From NCBI GenBank assembly GCA_031422435.1, contig JANPLU010000116.1, forward strand, positions 1-32,242: a stretch of 32,242 nt of DNA, written 5' to 3'. Position 1 is the first letter of the stretch, and each line of letters begins with the position of its first letter. A model generated the notes under the pieces. That model saw nothing but the letters and a program-made list of their open reading frames with translations. It had not been told where the DNA came from and made no database searches. Origin of the DNA: Acaryochloridaceae cyanobacterium VAR_48_metabat_390 (GTDB lineage: Bacteria > Cyanobacteriota > Cyanobacteriia > Thermosynechococcales > Thermosynechococcaceae). Shown piece after piece: positions 18,857-28,055 of this stretch. A program made the translations under genes and the position numbers.

Positions 18857-19786
18857 ATGATTGAGCCTGTGACTGTTTCAGAATCAACCCGTCATTCTTA
18901 TCTCCATGCAGCCTTACCCCGTCTCCACTGGCAGTGGCGTGGGTTTGACCTCTGCTACACAGTTTTAGGCGAGGGACAGCCCTTACTGCTAATCCACGGA
19001 TTTGGTGCAACCTATGCCCACTGGCGCAATAATATTCCGGCATTAGCAGAACAAGGATATCGGGTCTATGCCATTGACCTGCTGGGGTTTGGCGCATCCG
19101 AAAAGCCTGCCCTTGACTATTCCCTAGAGCTATGGCAAGAGATTATCCACGATTTTTGGCAAGATCAGATTGGTCAGCCGATGGTGGTTGTGGGCAATTC
19201 GATCGGGGCGCTGCTGAGCCTAATGGTTTTGGCAAAATATCCTGAGATTGCCACAGGGGGCATTTTGCTCAACGTGGCGGGTGGACTCAATCATCGCCCT
19301 GATGAGCTGAACCTGCCACTACGGATGGTAATGGGCTTGTTTGCAAAACTGGTGCAAAGTCCGTTGATTGGGTCGGCATTATTTAACCAAGTGCGTCAAA
19401 AAAATCGCATCCGCAATACGCTCAAGCAGGTTTACGGCAACCCCAGCGCCATTACCGATGAGCTGGTCGACATTATCTATGAACCCGCCTGTGACCCCAA
19501 AGCGCAGAAGGTTTTTGCCTCCATTCTAGGGGCACCTCCTGGCCCACGCGTCCGTGAGCTTTTGCCACACATTCAGCAGCCGCTGCTGGTGCTATGGGGC
19601 GAAGCAGACCCCTGGACACCGATTCAGGGCAGCAGTGTATTCCAAACATGGGCAGCGCAAATGAAGGAGCCGAATATTAAAGTTGTGCCGATTCCTGAAA
19701 CGGGGCACTGCCCCCATGATGAGCGTCCTGATCTGGTCAATCCGCTGATGGTGGACTGGCTGAAAACGTTGGTGTGGCTGCCTTAG
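18857..19786 (+). CDS. Alpha/beta fold hydrolase
   Basis: LLIHGFGA, AIDLLGFG, nucleophile GNSIG, WGEADPW, GHCPHDE. Start uncertain. Confidence 0.92.
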   Translation: MIEPVTVSESTRHSYLHAALPRLHWQWRGFDLCYTVLGEGQPLLLIHGFGATYAHWRNNIPALAEQGYRVYAIDLLGFGASEKPALDYSLELWQEIIHDFWQDQIGQPMVVVGNSIGALLSLMVLAKYPEIATGGILLNVAGGLNHRPDELNLPLRMVMGLFAKLVQSPLIGSALFNQVRQKNRIRNTLKQVYGNPSAITDELVDIIYEPACDPKAQKVFASILGAPPGPRVRELLPHIQQPLLVLWGEADPWTPIQGSSVFQTWAAQMKEPNIKVVPIPETGHCPHDERPDLVNPLMVDWLKTLVWLP

Positions 19787-20997
19787 TCTGCTACGGGCAG
19801 TGCTTTAGGTCGCGCTGGCTGCTGAAGCATGATGACGTTAGACCCCACGACCGGACTACGCGCCACAAGGGTATTGGTGCTGTCTAATAGCTCAAGCTTG
19901 CTGAACTCAAGCTTCTGCGATCGCACCCAAAGCTTCTGCGCCACCGCCTTTTGCTCCGCATCACTTAAGCTGCTCCATCCCGTTCCCAAAGATACCTTTA
20001 GCTGCTGATTTGCGTTAGCTGTTTTAACTGAAGCGACTAAGCTATCGCCAACACCTGCCACTGCGCTGGCAAGCTGAGTTTGAATTTCAGCTAGATCGAT
20101 CACTGGGGCTGCAACAGGGCTAGGTGCCACCACTTTTTGTGGGGCTGCCGTTGTGACGCTAGGCTTAGCAATTGGGGCAGAAACGGGCTTGGGGCTAGAA
20201 AATGTTGTTGGTCTGGTCGCTACAGGAGGGGTACGCTGGGGCGGCGCTGTAGTAGGGCGCTGGGCAATGGGCTTTGGCGCAGGTCGTGTTAAGACAGGTT
20301 TAGTCGGCACCGGAGGCTGTTTGGCTACCGCAGGTTTACCAGACGTTAAGGACGAGAAGAACCAGTAGATCACCACTGCGGTCGTAATGACCAAAACCGT
20401 CAAAAAGCGATCGGTCAGTTCCTGTAAATTTGCGGGGAGTTTCTGCCGTAAAAAAGCTAACCCCTTATTCCAAATAGGCACCACTACTTTTTGCCAAAAT
20501 GGGACGACTCCTTTGTCCCAGAGCGGCTGAAGTTTATTAAGGGTCGGCTGAAGCTTTGCCTTTTGCTCATCAACCTTAGCCTTAGTAGAATCAGGGATTT
20601 TTGCGATCGCCTGGTCTTTCAACTTCGGCCCTGTATTGTCTAGAAAATCATTGGTGAAGCGATTGCCTACTAAAAGCGCCTGGGTTCCTTTTTCTTTCAG
20701 AATCGGCTGCGCTTTGCTCCAAGCATCTTTTGCCAGCTTCAGCACCTTGTCAAAAGTCTGCTTTGTCCCAGACTCCTCAACCGCCACAGGGATGGGCGCA
20801 CGCACTCGTTTCGCAGAGGGTTCTGATACCGCCGCCGTTGTCTTCGCCACCACAGGTTCCGGTTCAGGCACTTCCACAGACTGAGCAATAGGTTCTGCCT
20901 CATTCTGCTGGGCAGTCACCTCAGGTTCTTCATGGCTGCTGCTGCTGCTTGACGCATGAGAATCAGACTCATGGGGGGTTGTCGAATCCTCAGACAT
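19783..20997 (-). CDS. Conserved cyanobacterial membrane-anchored hypothetical protein
   Basis: 404 aa: disordered N-terminus, Trp-spaced amphipathic helices, single TM, Pro-rich linker, C-terminal domain ending ARSPVVG. Confidence 0.8.
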   Translation of the reverse strand: MSEDSTTPHESDSHASSSSSSHEEPEVTAQQNEAEPIAQSVEVPEPEPVVAKTTAAVSEPSAKRVRAPIPVAVEESGTKQTFDKVLKLAKDAWSKAQPILKEKGTQALLVGNRFTNDFLDNTGPKLKDQAIAKIPDSTKAKVDEQKAKLQPTLNKLQPLWDKGVVPFWQKVVVPIWNKGLAFLRQKLPANLQELTDRFLTVLVITTAVVIYWFFSSLTSGKPAVAKQPPVPTKPVLTRPAPKPIAQRPTTAPPQRTPPVATRPTTFSSPKPVSAPIAKPSVTTAAPQKVVAPSPVAAPVIDLAEIQTQLASAVAGVGDSLVASVKTANANQQLKVSLGTGWSSLSDAEQKAVAQKLWVRSQKLEFSKLELLDSTNTLVARSPVVGSNVIMLQQPARPKALPVAD

Positions 20998-21193
20998 ACG
21001 TGCTCCTTGCTCCTCTATAACGGCGATTCAGGGGAGTTTACAGCCTCAATTTATCATCAAAGCCAACGTTTATGATGAAGGTGGATTTTACGCCCTCAAC
21101 GCGGGTTAGGGGAACAGCTCAAGGAATAGCGAGACTTTTCGCAGCGAAAGCGAACTGCCGCTCAGCAACAAAACTATAAACCACGGAGGAAAC

Positions 21194-22501
21194 ATGCAGT
21201 CGCGTGTCGTTCGGGAAGGATCGGTGGGGCTTTTGCTCCTGCTGGGGTTGGGTACCACTATTGGAATCGTTGCGTGGATCAGAGGCACAAACCTAGGGGG
21301 ACAGTATTCTCTGAGCGTTGAGCTGTCGGATGCCATTGGACTCAATACGGGTAGTCCTGTTAAATATCGCGGCGTTAAAGTGGGTCGGGTGCGGTCTTTA
21401 ACCCCTAGTGTTTATGGCGTAACGGCTCAAGTCGATATTTCACCCGCGTCCTTTGTGATTCCCCGCAACAGCGAGATTAGCGTGACGCAATCTGGCTTTA
21501 TTGGACAGGTTGAGCTAAGTATTCAGCCCCGCGCCAAGTTTGACCGAACCGCTAGCTACCCTGAGCTATCGCCCTATCAGCCCAAATGCGCAAAATCTCT
21601 GATTTTGTGCGATGGCGATCGCCTCAATGGCGTTACAGGCGCTAACTTTGACGAGCTGATTCGGTCTACCACCAAGCTGACGGCGCTCTTGAGCGACAGT
21701 AAAGTTATTGACAATGCCAATGCTACCCTCAAAACCTTTAATACCACAGCGCTCAATATCACGCGGCTCTCTCGCAATGCCAATGCTACCCTCAAAACCG
21801 CCGACACTACTTTTAAAGATGTTTCTCTTACGGCTACTGGTTTTACAGGATTAAGTCGGGATGCACGGCAGCAGCTCCAGCAGTTGGGCACTGCAGCAGG
21901 GTCTGTCACCAAAGCGGCGGACAGCGCGACATCTTTGGTACAAGATAATCGCACTACTCTCATTAGCACCCTCGGCAATCTGCAAGATGCAAGCAAAGAT
22001 CTTAAGGTTGCGCTCAAAAGCCTCAGCCCTATCATTAGCCGTATTGAGAACGGCAAACTGCTCGATAATCTCGAAACCCTTGCAGATAACGGTGCGAAAG
22101 CCTCAGCTAACTTAAAAAGCCTCAGCACCACGCTCAACAATCCTGTGACGCTTTTAGGGTTAGCTCAGACCCTGGACTCCGCGCGAGTCACCTTTCAAAA
22201 CACGCAAAAAATTACGACGGAGTTAGATCAGGTCACAGGAGATCCTAAATTCCGTCAAAATTTGATCAGGCTTATCAATGGACTCAGCAAATTAGTTTCT
22301 TCCACTCAAACGCTTGATCAGGAGTTGGCGGCGGCAGCAGCCGTTCGTCCAGGCGAGCCGGAAGCTCTGGGTGTGAATCCTTCAACCCCTTCTTCACCAC
22401 TGCTGTCTTCAGCTCAATATTTTGGGAGGTTCACCGCGCCATCGGAGCCTAGCGCCAACCTATCTTCATTAAAGTTTTTCCCTGCAAACTCATCAGAGTA
22501 A
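21194..22501 (+). CDS. mlaD: MlaD/MCE-family protein (Ycf22/TGD2-like)
   Basis: REGSVGL, N-terminal TM, GSPVKYRGVKVGRV MCE domain, long helical region, LTGDP-like VTGDPKFRQNL. Confidence 0.88.
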   Translation: MQSRVVREGSVGLLLLLGLGTTIGIVAWIRGTNLGGQYSLSVELSDAIGLNTGSPVKYRGVKVGRVRSLTPSVYGVTAQVDISPASFVIPRNSEISVTQSGFIGQVELSIQPRAKFDRTASYPELSPYQPKCAKSLILCDGDRLNGVTGANFDELIRSTTKLTALLSDSKVIDNANATLKTFNTTALNITRLSRNANATLKTADTTFKDVSLTATGFTGLSRDARQQLQQLGTAAGSVTKAADSATSLVQDNRTTLISTLGNLQDASKDLKVALKSLSPIISRIENGKLLDNLETLADNGAKASANLKSLSTTLNNPVTLLGLAQTLDSARVTFQNTQKITTELDQVTGDPKFRQNLIRLINGLSKLVSSTQTLDQELAAAAAVRPGEPEALGVNPSTPSSPLLSSAQYFGRFTAPSEPSANLSSLKFFPANSSE

Positions 22502-22546
22502 TCGTAGTCTATTCTTCAACCCACCCTCACCACTACAACAACCGCC

Positions 22547-22741
22547 ATGAATATTGACCGATCTAAAGTTATTGCCATCATCACCGGAATTTTTTCACTG
22601 CTTTTAGGGATCTTGTATTTAGGACTCGTTCAACTCCTAGACTTCCGTGGAGAGATGCTTCCAGCCCCCGTGGAGATGCTGCTGTCCGCCTTTTCACTTC
22701 GTGCGCTATTGTCAGCAGCGGTAGCCCTTAGCTATAGTTGA
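22547..22741 (+). CDS. Small conserved cyanobacterial membrane protein
   Basis: DRSKVIAIITG...YLGLVQLLDFRGEMLPAP matches a recalled small family found next to pmgA. Confidence 0.75.
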   Translation: MNIDRSKVIAIITGIFSLLLGILYLGLVQLLDFRGEMLPAPVEMLLSAFSLRALLSAAVALSYS

Positions 22742-22794
22742 GTGGGAAGGGTTTTTAAACCCAACGATTCTGTTGACGCATCTGGGTACTCAAA

Positions 22795-23241
22795 TTGGTT
22801 GCTTTTCTGCTGCGCCCAATTAAACCACGGTGGCTTAACCTAAGTTTTCCATCTACCCTCTATCTATGCCCCATCTTAGATTTGTTGCTCAAAGAAGTAC
22901 CAGAATTACTTCACGCAGATCTACGTTTAGGGCTTCAGGAAGCTTTAGTCAATGCGGCTAAACATGGCAATCTACTCAGTCCAGAAAAGTCAGTATCGGT
23001 GCGCTATGCACGTTTACCAGACAGGCATGAGTGGGTAATTACAGATCAGGGTACGGGGTTTGAGCCGCCGCCTTTATCCTGCTATCTTAGACCACCTCAA
23101 GAGCATTTGCCGGAACATGCCTGTGAGTGTGGGCGCGGCCTTTTTATCCTATTTGAAGTATTTGATCGGGTGCGTTGGGATAAGTGCGGGACAGAGCTGA
23201 GCTTATCTAAATACGTTAAAAATTTTAATGGCAAGATTTAA
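22795..23241 (+). CDS. pmgA: PmgA, RsbW-like anti-sigma/Ser-Thr kinase
   Basis: SFPSTLYLCPILDLLL, LRLGLQEALVNAAKHGN, DQGTGF, ECGRGLFIL; TTG start. Confidence 0.85.
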   Translation: MVAFLLRPIKPRWLNLSFPSTLYLCPILDLLLKEVPELLHADLRLGLQEALVNAAKHGNLLSPEKSVSVRYARLPDRHEWVITDQGTGFEPPPLSCYLRPPQEHLPEHACECGRGLFILFEVFDRVRWDKCGTELSLSKYVKNFNGKI

Positions 23242-23258
23242 TGTTTCTTCATGCGGTG

Positions 23259-23314
23259 AGCATCGACAAAAAGGTTAGTGATCTGACTCGATCACTAACC
23301 TTTTTGTCGATGCT
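23259..23314. terminator. Perfect 25-bp inverted repeat between convergent genes (bidirectional terminator-like)
   Basis: AGCATCGACAAAAAGGTTAGTGATC-TGACTC-GATCACTAACCTTTTTGTCGATGCT. Confidence 0.75.
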
Positions 23315-23324
23315 TTAGACAAGT

Positions 23325-23786
23325 TTAGTTTGGCTTTGCAGGGGCGATCGCCACTTTACTAATCACGCTTTTAACCCCTTTTATTTGCATTGCTAAGGGT
23401 TTTACCTTCGCCAATTGTGCCTGATTAGAGACCGTTCCAGAGATAGTAACAGCCCCATCTTTGGCATCAACCGTTAGCTGGCTTGCGGGTATATTTGCCT
23501 CTAATTTGCCCCGAACCTGGCTTTGAAGATCTTTATCGTCCCTGACCCCATCTCCGCCAGTCATGTCGTTTCGCTGCTCACGAGCGCGGATATCAGACTC
23601 GATTTGAGCTTTGCGGGTGTCGCTCATGGCATCATTTTTTGTATTGTCTGCGGATTGAGCATTTGGAACCATCGGTGATTCACTGGTGCTCCCAGGGGCA
23701 TCCGCGCTCGTTTTTGCCGCATTGTCACAACCTACGACACCCAGCAGCATTGAGCTACCCAGCAGCAGAGGAATGAATTTATTCAT
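23325..23786 (-). CDS. BON-domain lipoprotein (OsmY-like)
   Basis: Start MNKFIPLL with VVGC lipobox; QIESDIRAREQRN; BON motif LTVDAKDGAVTISGTV...IKGVKSV. Confidence 0.88.
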   Translation of the reverse strand: MNKFIPLLLGSSMLLGVVGCDNAAKTSADAPGSTSESPMVPNAQSADNTKNDAMSDTRKAQIESDIRAREQRNDMTGGDGVRDDKDLQSQVRGKLEANIPASQLTVDAKDGAVTISGTVSNQAQLAKVKPLAMQIKGVKSVISKVAIAPAKPN

Positions 23787-23855
23787 ATTTAACCTTCTTG
23801 AAACAGAAATATGGCGGCTTAAGCAAGCCAAAATGCGGTGGTTACCTGGATGACT

Positions 23856-24419
23856 TTAGACAGAAGTCGTAGGGATATCGTAAATGCCAAAGTCCTGAAT
23901 GCCCTTACTGTGCAGAATAATTTGGGCACTCGCAACTTCAGATTCGGTACCGTCCACCATGACGAGATATCCGCCCTCTTGCATACGGTCGCCATAGACT
24001 TTAGCGCGATCTTCAGGAATACCAAGCCCCACCAAAGCGCCCACTAAGCTACCCGCCGCTGCACCAATTGCGGTTCCGGCTAAAGTCGTTGCCAATGCCG
24101 TTGCCGCAGCACCTGCCATTAAAATTGGCCCGATGCCTGGAATGGCTAGAGTTCCCAGTCCTATCAGCAAACCAGTGCCGCCCCCTACGACGCCACCTGT
24201 CACAGCTCCAGTGGTAGCCCCTTCATCAGATTTATTGTCGAGATTTTCTTGAACCTCAACACCTCCAACAGCCTCTTGTCGGTCTGCATCTCGGGCAATC
24301 ACAGAAACCTTTTCCATTGGGAAGGTTGAGTCACTCAGCGCATTCAGGGCGTGCTCTGCCTCTAAACGGGTTGAAAAGGTTCCGATTGCGCGTCTAGAAC
24401 GATCCATATCTGTCATCAT
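23856..24419 (-). CDS. General stress protein (17M/YflT-like) with Gly/Ala-rich membrane hairpin
   Basis: RAIGTF...AEHAL, VSVIARD, GLGTLAIPGIGP, LVGLGIPEDRAKVY, GGYLVMVDG. Confidence 0.82.
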   Translation of the reverse strand: MMTDMDRSRRAIGTFSTRLEAEHALNALSDSTFPMEKVSVIARDADRQEAVGGVEVQENLDNKSDEGATTGAVTGGVVGGGTGLLIGLGTLAIPGIGPILMAGAAATALATTLAGTAIGAAAGSLVGALVGLGIPEDRAKVYGDRMQEGGYLVMVDGTESEVASAQIILHSKGIQDFGIYDIPTTSV

Positions 24420-24463
24420 GATTTATTTCTCCAGCGAAAAGACAAACGCTGAACCTTCACTCG

Positions 24464-24479
24464 TGTAATGAAAGTTACA
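24464..24479. promoter_or_regulatory. NtcA-box-like palindrome TGTA-N8-TACA
   Basis: TGTAATGAAAGTTACA in the divergent intergenic region, 45 nt upstream of the stress-gene ATG. Confidence 0.55.
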
Positions 24480-24648
24480 GTGCGAATAAGCTAACTGTGG
24501 CTTTTTATACCAAAAATTAGATCCGCTCATTGACGCAGACTGACTGCCCCAATAGGTAGAGCAAAAGGGAACTAATCTGCAATACAGGTCACAGAGAATC
24601 TGTAGAGTATGATCAGCGATAGAACCAAAATGCAATAATTCTTTATCT

Positions 24649-25299
24649 ATGAAACCTATCTCAGCCCCAGACCTATTAGATGCGCTCACTTGGCGCTATG
24701 CCACCAAAAAGTTTGACCCCAATAAGACCATTGCGCCAGAAACTTGGTCTGCCTTAGAAGATGCTTTAGTGCTTACGCCTTCTTCTTATGGCCTCCAGCC
24801 CTGGAAATTTTTGATTGTCACCAGCGCAGAACTTAAGGAAAAATTGAAGCCGCTGTCTTGGAATCAAGCACAGGTCACAGACTGCTCTCATTACGTGGTT
24901 TTCACCATCAAGAAAAACCTGACGGCGGCGGATGTTGATCGCTTTGTGGCGCGAACTGCTGAAGTGCGCGGAATGTCGATTGAGTTGATTGCAGGCTATC
25001 GCAACATGATGGTGAGTGATGTGGTGAATGGTGCGCGCAGCTTTAACGTCAACGAATGGGCTACCCGACAGGCATATATTGCTTTGGGCAACTTTATGAC
25101 CAGTGCCGCGCTATTGGGCGTTGACACCTGCCCGATGGAGGGCATTGAGCCAGCGAATTACGATAAAGTGCTGAACCTTTCTGAAAAAGGCTATGCCACC
25201 GTCGTCGCCTGTGCCGCTGGCTACCGCGCAGACGATGATAAGTATGCAGAGCTGGCAAAAGTTCGATTTGTGAAGTCAGAAATGGTAGAAGTGCTGTAG
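24649..25299 (+). CDS. Nitroreductase / NAD(P)H-flavin oxidoreductase, NfsB-like
   Basis: WRYATKKFD, TPSSYGLQPWKF, WNQAQV, DTCPMEG. Confidence 0.92.
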   Translation: MKPISAPDLLDALTWRYATKKFDPNKTIAPETWSALEDALVLTPSSYGLQPWKFLIVTSAELKEKLKPLSWNQAQVTDCSHYVVFTIKKNLTAADVDRFVARTAEVRGMSIELIAGYRNMMVSDVVNGARSFNVNEWATRQAYIALGNFMTSAALLGVDTCPMEGIEPANYDKVLNLSEKGYATVVACAAGYRADDDKYAELAKVRFVKSEMVEVL

Positions 25300-25309
25300 G
25301 GTCAGCATC

Positions 25310-27190
25310 TTAGAGATTGGGGTCAGCTTCCTCCGCCATCAACATGAGCCGTTGTGGGTCTAACTCAATAGACCAAGGCTGAGGCAGGTTTTTAAGCTGA
25401 ACCCATTTCTCCTTAAAGATCTCCGCCTGAAAATGATAGTCATTGGGATTTAGAGAGGGAGAATGGAGCTTTAGATAGAGCGTCATTCGATGGGGTGTTT
25501 CGCGGGTGTTACTCAACCAGCACGGAAAACCGTTGGTACTTTGGCTGTTTTCAGTCGCTGAAATCATCTCCGAGAACTTAAGGTGATGGGCACGGATGCC
25601 AACCTGCGTCAGATTTTTTGGAATTGAGCCTGCAATCTGTAGCGTACAGCCCCAATCCGTCGCTTCGATTGACTGCCTTGTAGTGGCTCTAGCGCGCGAA
25701 AAGTTTTTGCAGCCTGTGAGACGTGCGATACCGACGGTTTTGGGATTTTCAAAAATATCGCGTTTGGGTGCAGAGGCGATCGCCTTTCCACTTTCTAGCA
25801 CCATCAAATTTTCACAGACGCGATAGGCCTCTTCTAGGTTATGGGTGACGAATAGCGTCACGCCCTTATAGGTTGATAGGCTCAAAATCAATTGAGCTTC
25901 AATTTGATGACGCAAGTGGGTATCTAGTGCCGACAGTGGCTCATCTAACAAAATCGCTTCTGGCTGACTTGCTAAAGCCCTTGCCAATGCTACCCGCTGC
26001 TGCTGCCCACCAGAGAGCTGATGGGGGTAGTGATGGGCAAACTCATCAAGCTGAACCGCTGCTAAGTGGAACGCAATTTTCTGCCGCTGATCAACGGCAG
26101 AAAGCCCCTTGGGTATGCCAAAGCCAATATTTTGAGCCGCCGTTAGGTGCGGGAATAGGGCATAGTTCTGGAACAGAAGGGCGATATGGCGATCGCAGCT
26201 TGGCACATTAATCCGTTGGTCGGCATCAAATAATACCCGTCCATTTAGCACAATCTGTCCTGAGTCCGGTGTTTTAATGCCAGCAATACAGCGCAGTAGC
26301 AAACTCTTGCCTGCTCCAGAAGCCCCTAACACGCCTAGGGGGTGTCCTTTGGCACTCAAAGAGACATCAAGAGAAAACCCTGAAAGCCACTTTTGAATAT
26401 TGACCGTGAGTTGAGAAGCCGTTACTTCAGAAGAGTTTTGCGCTTTCAATATTGGATGCTGTAGGAGCGGGTTTAGCCCGAAATCATCGCATTTATTCCA
26501 CCAACTCTCGCCCTTCCGAATGCCGCCTTTTCGATTCGCTATTTTCGTCTGCCAGCCATTCACCACCGTTAGACCAACCAAAGAAATCCCTAAAATAACC
26601 CCCGACCAAAACCACGCGGTTTGGTTATCGCCTGCTTCAACGGCAAAATAGATCGCCATGGGAATGGTTTGCGTTTCCCCTAAGATATTACCCGCCAGCA
26701 TCAGCGTGGCTCCAAACTCCCCCAAGGCACGAGCGAAGGCTAAAGTTGCGCCTGCGACAATTCCAGGCAGCGCCAGGGGCAGCGTAATGCGCCAAAAAAT
26801 CTTAAATTCAGTTGCGCCTAGAGTTCTAGCAGCCTGTAATAGCGTAGGGTCAATCTGCTCAAACGCGCCCAGAGCAGTTTTGTACATCAATGGAAACGCC
26901 ACCACAATTCCCGTCAAAATAGCGGCATACCAAGTAAACACAATGTTGAGCGCTGAAGGCAGCAGTTGACCCACAGCCCCAGACTTCCCCAATAGCATCA
27001 GCAATAAAAAACCCACCACCGTTGGTGGTAGCACTAGGGGCGCAATGAATACGCCCTCTAGCAGCGCCTTCCAGCGGCCTTTGTAGCCCAGCATCCAGTT
27101 AGCGATCGCCAGACCTAAACAGAGGGTAATGACGGTGGCGATCGCCGCAACCTTCAGCGAAATCCAAAGTGGGGAAAGATCAGAGGACAT
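25310..27190 (-). CDS. modBC: Molybdate ABC transporter fused permease-ATPase (ModB-ModC)
   Basis: PLVLPPTVVGF and FARALGEFGATLM (ModB); GASGAGKS, LSGGQQQR and LLDEP (ATPase). Confidence 0.92.
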   Translation of the reverse strand: MSSDLSPLWISLKVAAIATVITLCLGLAIANWMLGYKGRWKALLEGVFIAPLVLPPTVVGFLLLMLLGKSGAVGQLLPSALNIVFTWYAAILTGIVVAFPLMYKTALGAFEQIDPTLLQAARTLGATEFKIFWRITLPLALPGIVAGATLAFARALGEFGATLMLAGNILGETQTIPMAIYFAVEAGDNQTAWFWSGVILGISLVGLTVVNGWQTKIANRKGGIRKGESWWNKCDDFGLNPLLQHPILKAQNSSEVTASQLTVNIQKWLSGFSLDVSLSAKGHPLGVLGASGAGKSLLLRCIAGIKTPDSGQIVLNGRVLFDADQRINVPSCDRHIALLFQNYALFPHLTAAQNIGFGIPKGLSAVDQRQKIAFHLAAVQLDEFAHHYPHQLSGGQQQRVALARALASQPEAILLDEPLSALDTHLRHQIEAQLILSLSTYKGVTLFVTHNLEEAYRVCENLMVLESGKAIASAPKRDIFENPKTVGIARLTGCKNFSRARATTRQSIEATDWGCTLQIAGSIPKNLTQVGIRAHHLKFSEMISATENSQSTNGFPCWLSNTRETPHRMTLYLKLHSPSLNPNDYHFQAEIFKEKWVQLKNLPQPWSIELDPQRLMLMAEEADPNL

Positions 27191-27374
27191 TATTGAAGTT
27201 TATGATTTGAACATTCAGCGATCGCCACTATTCTCTCTGAGATGAATACTGCGATCGCGGTTCTAAAAGAAAAGCTTATTCAAATCTGCCCACTCAAACA
27301 AAGCACGATGCATAAATGGCTAACAAGTAAAATCAGATTAGCGAGTTGAGCATAAACAATCACAGACAAAAAAC

Positions 27375-27605
27375 ATGACACAGTTAAGCACAAACGATCT
27401 CCCCGAAGCCCTTCAAAAGATCCTTATCGAAATTGGGCAAACCATCATCCCCCTTACTATTACCCACGAAGGCAAACCCCTCGTCGTCATTCATCCTGCC
27501 AAAAACCGTAAACCTCGTCCTCCTTTTGGCTTTATGAAAGGCCAAGGTGAGATCTTGAGCGATATCGTCGCTCCCATTGAGCAGCTTTGGGACGTTCTGC
27601 AATGA
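27375..27605 (+). CDS. Type II TA antitoxin (Phd/YefM-like)
   Basis: 76 aa; LTITHEGKPLVVIHP and PFGFMKGQGEILSDIVAP; ATGA overlap with a PIN gene. Confidence 0.75.
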   Translation: MTQLSTNDLPEALQKILIEIGQTIIPLTITHEGKPLVVIHPAKNRKPRPPFGFMKGQGEILSDIVAPIEQLWDVLQ

Positions 27606-27981
27606 GAATCCTGCTTGATACCCATATCTGGCTGTGGTATGGCCTAGGAAACCCAAAACTGTCTCAAAATCTGCAAACGGCGATCACAGACCCAGACAAT
27701 AAATTATGGCTAAGTCCAATCAGCGTTTGGGAGGCTCTGCTTTTAGCAGAATAGTATTACTTCCAGACCCTATCATTTGGATTACATCCGTCTTGCAAGC
27801 ACTAGAAATTAATGAAGCCCCACTTACTCACGAAATTGCCATCTTAAGTCGTGAAATAGCGTGTCCTCATCAAGATCCATCTGATCGTTTTATTGCCGCC
27901 ACTGCCATACACTACAATCTTCAACTCGCCACTGTTGACCAAAACTTAGTCAGCACAACGTCCTTAAGCACTATCAGTTAA
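27602..27981 (+). pseudogene. vapC: Frameshifted VapC/PIN toxin
   Basis: MRILLDTHIWLW...SPISVWEALLLAE stops at TAG 27752-27754. The C-terminal half (RIVLLPDP...HQDPSDRFIAATA...LATVD) is in another frame, ending at 27981. Confidence 0.88.
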
Positions 27982-28055
27982 TAGGTCGCTGACTTAGTTC
28001 ATCCACTCCTTGCATCTTGCATCAACTAAAGCAGACATACCTCGTAGGAGCATTT

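Noticed and set aside
21000..21193. Possible ncRNA or riboswitch upstream of mlaD
   Set aside because: Only a short TTTCGC/GCGAAA hairpin; no recognisable RNA family motif.
21577..22140. 187-aa antisense ORF in mlaD, and other antisense ORFs within cmp, ndhD2, mutS2, modA and purQ
   Set aside because: Shadow frames of well-supported genes with no recognisable motifs.
27706..27981. Stand-alone 91-aa gene
   Set aside because: It is the out-of-frame 3' half of the PIN toxin starting at 27602.
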